64,000 bases of DNA, taken from the NCBI RefSeq assembly GCF_032444005.1, contig NC_091284.1, forward strand, positions 667,988,001 to 668,052,000, written 5' to 3'. The translations under genes were made by a program, and so were the position numbers. Below are positions 59,853 through 64,000 of the stretch, one piece after another (positions within the stretch are counted from its first letter, which is position 1; every line of letters starts with the position of its first letter). The notes under the pieces are model-generated. The model made no database searches, was not told the DNA's origin, and saw nothing but the letters and a program-made list of their open reading frames with translations. The DNA comes from Ranitomeya imitator. Its lineage: Eukaryota.

Positions 59853-62358
59853 GTCACACGGTAGCGCGGAAAGGGCAGACCAAGCAGTTGGGGGAGGCCC
59901 CAGGTCAAGCATCTCCCTGGGAGCCATGTTGGTTAACCTGCCAAAATTCATGGGGAGCGATGTCATGTTGTGGGGTTGGACGGAGCGCATCCGAGAGATG
60001 ATGCGGATGCATCCTATGACGCCAGCTCTGCAGGCGGAAATAGCTGTGATGGCCCTAGAGGGGGATGCATGGGACTTGGTTATGCTCAGACCCCCCAGGC
60101 GAGAGATACCCTGGACAAAGTATTACGTATACTTGAGGAGACGCATGGGGACCCCACTGACGTAGGGGAGCTGCGCATGCGACTGTTTCGCCGGGTACAA
60201 AGAGAGGGGGAGACCGTGACGCAATATATGAATGCACTGCAGGAGCTTCATACTGCCATTATACGGAAGGACAGCATAGGTGTGGGGTCAATTGACGTGC
60301 TGCGAGATCAACTGGTGACAGGCTTGCGAGATGTGTTGGTGAAACAGGCCCTGCGAGAGCGTATGCGCGTAAAGCTAGATATGACTTTCTCTGAGGTCGG
60401 GAGTGAGGCACGCACGTGCGAGCAAGAGCAAGGGGTGGTAGTGCCAGTGAGAAAGGTATGGAGCGGGGAGGTAACTGCCCCTCAATGGGTTGAAGACTTG
60501 AAGAAGGAGGTTAAGCGAGTCCATGAGGAAGTAGCTGAATATAAGAAGACCCCTGCTGCCCTGTGCGAGAAAGACCACCCCCCAAAGTGAGACTAGTGCC
60601 TCTCAGCGAAGAAGACTGCCTAGATGCTGCAATTGCGGAGCACCCAGTCAAAATGAAGAGGAGGCGATGTGGACCCGAGATTCCCAGCTGAAGATAAGAA
60701 GAATCTGGGAGGAGATTGAGAGTCTGGGGAAAGCCCTTACTCCCGTTTTGGGGACCAGCGGCATACCCCAAGGTAACGTGCGGAAGCCGGCAGAAAGAGA
60801 TAGAGGAGAGGTGCGCAGCATGAGGAAGGCTTCAGTGGTGGCCCCAGAGTGTAACTCCGTATCCTGGGGTGAAGAGCAACCGCAGATAAGAGATGTCCCC
60901 CGCAGAGCTCGACGATCCAGACTGAAGCGCCCTCCAGACAGATGCACACGTGAGTGCTGGTCGTGCAGAAGGGTGGGACACATGTCCAGAAATTGCCCTA
61001 CCCGAGAAGAGCAGTGGCAGAGATCGGCTCACCCCTCTGAGGGTCCTGCTAACTGGAGAGAACGTCGTCCCTGGAGAGAATGGTACGGCAGGAAGAGAAG
61101 AGTTCCACCTAAGGCAAGACAGTACCACAATGTCGGATGCCAAGGAGAGGAGGAGAAGGTGTCAAGCATCTCCGGTGGAATGACTGCGCTGTCCCAACAC
61201 GTGAAGGCGAGCCTGGTGGAACTCCAGCCTGGGTCTGAAGGTTTTGTCTGTGAGACTCAGCCCGGAGGGAAGAAAGGGACGTCCACTCGAGAAGACCACC
61301 GAAGTGCTTTACTACCTTGCCCAGCACAAGTTCCCGAAGAAGGAGAGAAAGTGCCAAGTGCTCCTGCGACACTCGTTTTCGAGGTCCTCGTCGATGAGAA
61401 GGAGGAACCACTAATAGGTGAAGAGTGTGCTGGCTGTCAGCTCACAAGATCCTGATCGGACAGAGGAAATGGAACAGCTGTGTGAGACGGGGCTTGTGGC
61501 TGAGAAGCCCTGGGAAGTGATGCCCGCAGAGCCCAGATCAGATGACAAAGATTCCGGCTTGCATGGTCTTAATCCATCTAATTCTACTTTGGACAAGAAT
61601 GCTCCTGTCAAAGAGAGGGGGAGCTGTAGAGAAGAATTACCTGTACTAAGCCCCCAGACTGAGGATAATGAGCAAGAAGCCCCTACGCAAACACCTGCTA
61701 CCGGCAAGGCTAAGAAGAAGAAGAAAAAGAAGAGGACAGCAGTTGTTGACGAAGCAGAGAAAGCATATCTCAACCTGACTGATGAACAGCTCTTAGACCA
61801 TTTAGTTTGGGAGTAAGGGTACCGTCACACAGTGGCATTTTGATCGCTACGACGGCACGATCCGTGACGCTCCAGCATCGTAACAGTATCGCTCCAGCGT
61901 CGTAGACTGCTGTCACACTTTGCAATGTACAACGCTGGAGCGATAATTTCATGACGTATGTGCGATGTAGAAGCCGTTGGTTACTACGCGCACATCGTAT
62001 ACAATATCGTGCACACCTTTGTTACACCATGCGATCATGCCGCCACAGCGGGACACTAGACGACGAAAGAAAGTTTCAAACGATCTGCTACGACGTACGA
62101 TTCTCAGCGGGGTCCCTGATCGCAGGAGCGTGTCAGACACAGCGAGATCGCTGGAACGTCACGGATATATCGCTGGAACGTCACAAATCGTGCCGTCGTA
62201 GCGATCAAAATGCCACTGTGTGACGGTACCCTTAGTGCAAGAAGAAAGGCAGAACGAGATGCGAGGATTGCAGGTATCTGACTCCCCTCAAAAGAACAAA
62301 GAAGCACGAAGAGTCCTCGCCTGTGGAATGGCGAGCTTTAAGAGAGGGGGAATGTAAG
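59851..62358 (+). pseudogene. Gag-like ORF (capsid-like domain, CCHC knuckle, long charged tail); about 3 frameshifts and a MITE insertion
   Basis: LPKFMG..WTERIRE, FRRVQREGETVTQYMNALQEL, LRDQLVTGLRD; CWSCRRVGHMSRNC at 60955-60996. Confidence 0.8.
61817..62231. mobile_element. Fold-back MITE inserted in the gag ORF
   Basis: gggtaccgtcacacagtggcattttgatcgctacgacggcacgat ... atcgtgccgtcgtagcgatcaaaatgccactgtgtgacggtaccc; flanks TAA / TTA. Confidence 0.92.
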
Positions 62359-63181
62359 GAGGTTGCTTTCCCTGCTCCTTGCCTGGAACCACTTAGACAG
62401 CTGGGTTGTTGGGGGGGGGGAAGACTTTCTGCCCTGGACAGAGGGGACGAGGTGACTACTGGGAAGAGAGAGGGGTGTGGTCAGAAAAAGACCAGGAGAG
62501 AGGGCAGCGTGCCAAAGAGAAGGCAGGCTGCAGCGCCGTGCTTCCCTAAAGGTAGTGCTCCCCGTGAGGGCACTGAGGCTGAGATACCCACCATAGTGAA
62601 GGCTGGATGTGAGAGTGTGGACTTGGAAGCCTCCATAATCCAAAAAGACGCATCTCCTGACAGTGACCTGAGCACGCAGCCCCGGTGACCGCAGTGACAA
62701 GCCAGAACCCCTGAGTGTGACAAGTAAACTGCTCAGTGTGTGTGTAGCTTTGCAACTGCAGAAAGCCTGCCAGCCTGATATACAGAGACTCCCAGCAGAG
62801 TGGCTGAGTTACTTCCTGCTTTCAGCTTCACTGGAGGAAGAGGCTTAACCCCGGAGTCTCCAGTTCCTAGGAGACAGAGAAGAGACTTCAGGATCTTCAA
62901 GCGCTGCTGGTGACTGTATCCACTGGTGACTGTATCCACGTTGGAATAAGGACCCTCAAGTCAGGACCTCCCTGGATTGATAAGTTACCAGAACATTCGT
63001 TAACCGTTTGCGATTCCGCTTAGCTGTTTACTGTTTGCTTTATCTCTATTAACCCCGTTTACTCCCTGCGAGGAGAATCTTACTCCTGTTAATAAATTCC
63101 CCTCAACAGTTGGTCTGTCTGTTCCATGGTGGCATACTCAACCCTGCACTCTATTACACTAACACACAGATGGCACCCTTG

Positions 63182-63993
63182 AGATATATTTACACCTTGC
63201 GTTTTTTTTTTTGCTGCATTTTTTCCACAGGCAAAACCCGCTCTCTTGGCAGTAAAGAAGCAACCTAAAAAAAAAAAAAAAAACACAGGTTTTGCCGATT
63301 TTTTACTGTATTTTTGTTGTCTTGTGCATGTTGATGAAGTTTAGTGGTCCCCCAAAAAAGCATGATTTAACTTCATCAATATCTGCGTTTTTTGATGCAT
63401 TTTTGCAACTACCTATTGTTTCCTATTGGTGAAAAAACGCTGCAAGTATGCAGAAAAAACGCTGAAAGAAGAGACATGCTACAGTTTTCAAAAATGCAGC
63501 AGTTTTCCCAAATCAGTCAAGAAAATAAAACCAATGAGTGTGCATGAGATTTCTGAAGTCTGAGACTATGTGCACACGTAGAATGGTCTTCTACGGATTT
63601 TTCCGCAGCGGATTTGATAAATCTGCAGGGCAAAAACACTGAATTTTTGCTGCGGATTTACCGTGTTTTTTTCTGCGGATTTCACTGCGGCTTTACAACT
63701 GCGATTTTCTATAGGAGCAGCTGTAAAACGGCTGCGGAATCCGCAGAAAGAAGTGACATGCTGCGGAATGTAAACCGCTGTGTTTCCGCTCGCTTTTTTT
63801 CCGCAGCATGTGCACAGTGTTTTTTGTTTCCCATAGGTTTACATTGTAATGTAAACTCATGGGAAACTGCTGCGGTCCTGCAGCTGCGGAAATGCTGCGG
63901 ATCCGCAGCGTTTTCTGCATCGTGTGCATATACCCTCAGACTTGCAGCAAAAAAACAAACAAAGGAGCAAAAACGCAACGTGTGATCATATCC
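63182..63993. mobile_element. Degenerate MITE with a second MITE nested at ~63564-63935
   Basis: Outer arms match the 50976 family; inner gactatgtgcacacg ... cgtgtgcatataccc with ccgcag/ctgcgg repeats. Confidence 0.65.
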
Positions 63994-64000
63994 TTGCACT

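Larger units (their letters stand above)
58998..63158 (+). mobile_element. Two-LTR Ty3/Gypsy-type element encoding only a gag-like ORF (non-autonomous)
   Basis: 5' LTR 58998-59832 and 3' LTR 62353-63158 (TGTAAG...TTACA); PBS 59835-52; PPT aagagaggggg at 62340-50; flanks ATAA/CTAA. No protease, RT or integrase motifs seen. Confidence 0.92.

Noticed and set aside
58996-63160. Unprocessed linear-DNA ends (AA before the 5' LTR, CT after the 3' LTR, matching the PPT and PBS spacers), suggesting integrase-independent insertion
   Set aside because: A 4-bp TSD with one mismatch (ATAA/CTAA) is simpler given the LTR divergence and the 4-bp ATTA TSD of the nearby solo LTR.

Overview
Vertebrate genomic DNA, very probably anuran (frog); this is inferred from the repeat types and cannot be settled from sequence alone. 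It is not prokaryotic. The window holds the complete coding region of NCKAP5L (Cep169) on the minus strand: 11 coding exons from ATG 34844 to TGA 6751, 3780 nt, 1259 aa, with all splice phases consistent. Two candidate 5'-UTR exons lie upstream (39049-39110 and ~49704-49900). The rest is mostly transposons: a DIRS1-like tyrosine-recombinase retrotransposon cut by the window start, four Tc1 elements (one with an intact DD34E ORF), a gag-only two-LTR Gypsy-type element with a perfect tRNA-Ser PBS, solo LTRs, a Helitron, a nested hAT, L2/SINE fragments, many palindromic MITEs and several minisatellites. Most interesting observations: (1) a chain of AUGA-overlapping uORFs leading into the NCKAP5L start; (2) an apparent spliceosomal intron needed to make DIRS ORF1; (3) a possibly autonomous Tc1; (4) a pol-less LTR element whose ORF runs up to the 3' LTR; (5) a CpG-decayed Penelope-type hammerhead ribozyme. 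I found no evidence of a wholly new multi-gene system. All coordinates were counted by eye.
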